In this document: positions 63,161 through 64,000 of the stretch, in pieces
Position numbering within the stretch: the stretch's first letter is position 1
Layout: each line of letters begins with the position of its first letter
Assembly (NCBI RefSeq): GCF_018350175.1
Contig: NC_058373.1
Location: forward strand, 111,416,001 to 111,480,000
From: Felis catus
Taxonomy: Eukaryota
Length of the DNA stretch: 64,000 nt
Direction: 5' to 3'
Notes under the pieces: model-generated
What the model was told of the DNA's origin: nothing
Database searches by the model: none
Seen by the model: the letters and a program-made list of their open reading frames with translations, nothing else
Position numbers and translations under genes: made by a program

Positions 63161-64000
63161 AGAAGAGGGAGAATTTTGAAGGAATTCCCCCACCCCACCC
63201 CACCCCTGCCTTTTAAAGTTCATACTATAAATATTTCAAGCTGCGGAAGTCTTTGTAGATCATAGGAAACAAGTGAGTTCTTTAGGTAGGTAGAATGATT
63301 CTTCCAAAGTCACTGTTAATTAGTAGTGTTCTTGTGATGGCAAAGATTTTATCTCTTATTCTTACTCTTAATAGGGATCCTTTTGTTTCAGATGTCTGGT
63401 CTAGACATGGGAAGATACTTGGCTGTGGAAAATCTTGCAGTAGAATCTGGAATCAGGTAGCTGGGTTGAATTGCCTTTTTGATACTTGCTGGCTGTGTGA
63501 CACCATTAACACCTTTAAATTAATTCATTAATCCACCTGTAAATGCCTTGATTTTCTTAATCTGTAAGACAGATATTGTTATTCCTATTCCAGTGTTCTT
63601 TACACTGGAACATTTTCTTTTGCATGATGGGATTTCCCATTAATCTTCTAATATACTATCATGTAGACATTCCCTCCCCCCTTTTTTAAAGGGAGTTATG
63701 ATTAAGAACATAGGACTTTAGAATCAGACATTAGATTCTCTGAAAGTTTACTTCTTAAAGTTACTTGTTAACAGTATCAAAGTTTTTATCTAACTAATGA
63801 GAGAATAATCAGGAGGACATAAGAATTGCTCCCAAGAATTGAGCATCAGGAGTTCATGTATTCATTTAGGAAAGGGATGCCATGATAAAATGACTAAGCT
63901 ACATAAAAGTCTGATTAACTTTTAAAAGAAGGAAGTCAGATCTCCTTGGGGATTTAATCCTTAGAAAACTTGGAATATAAAACATTTGAGTTCAATTTAG

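Noticed and set aside
63392..63460. Exon-like tttgtttcag|ATGTCTGG...CAG|gtagct
   Set aside because: The donor is weak and falls in a MIR-like relic; peptide not recognised.

Overview
AT-rich, repeat-dense mammalian DNA, almost certainly felid: it carries about 34 tRNA-derived carnivore CAN-SINEs, several of the cat-type subfamilies. I recognise no intact protein-coding gene, RNA gene or CRISPR array; most ORFs in the supplied track derive from SINEs, L1s, LTRs or microsatellites, and the rest resemble nothing I recognise. The + strand is T-rich and most SINEs and L1s lie on the - strand, which suggests a long intron of an unidentified gene transcribed on +. The window holds old and young L1 fragments, ERVL/MaLR solo LTRs, hAT and Tigger fossils, MIR/L2 relics and a disabled SUMO1 processed pseudogene (~21085-21508). 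The most interesting items are unusual retrotransposition products: (1) a ~890-bp SINE-SINE-L1(ORF1 end)-SINE composite bounded by one 16-bp target-site duplication (15580-16502), apparently moved as a unit; (2) an orphan polyadenylated insert splitting an L2 (19885-20152); (3) a SUMO1 retrocopy with its 5' UTR but cut just before the di-glycine motif; (4) a miniature L1 with a possible 3' transduction. There are also a few candidate small exons, non-B DNA tracts and repair scars. I do not see evidence for a new multi-gene system. Repeat subfamily names come from recalled consensus sequences and need RepeatMasker/Dfam confirmation; boundaries are approximate unless a TSD is quoted.
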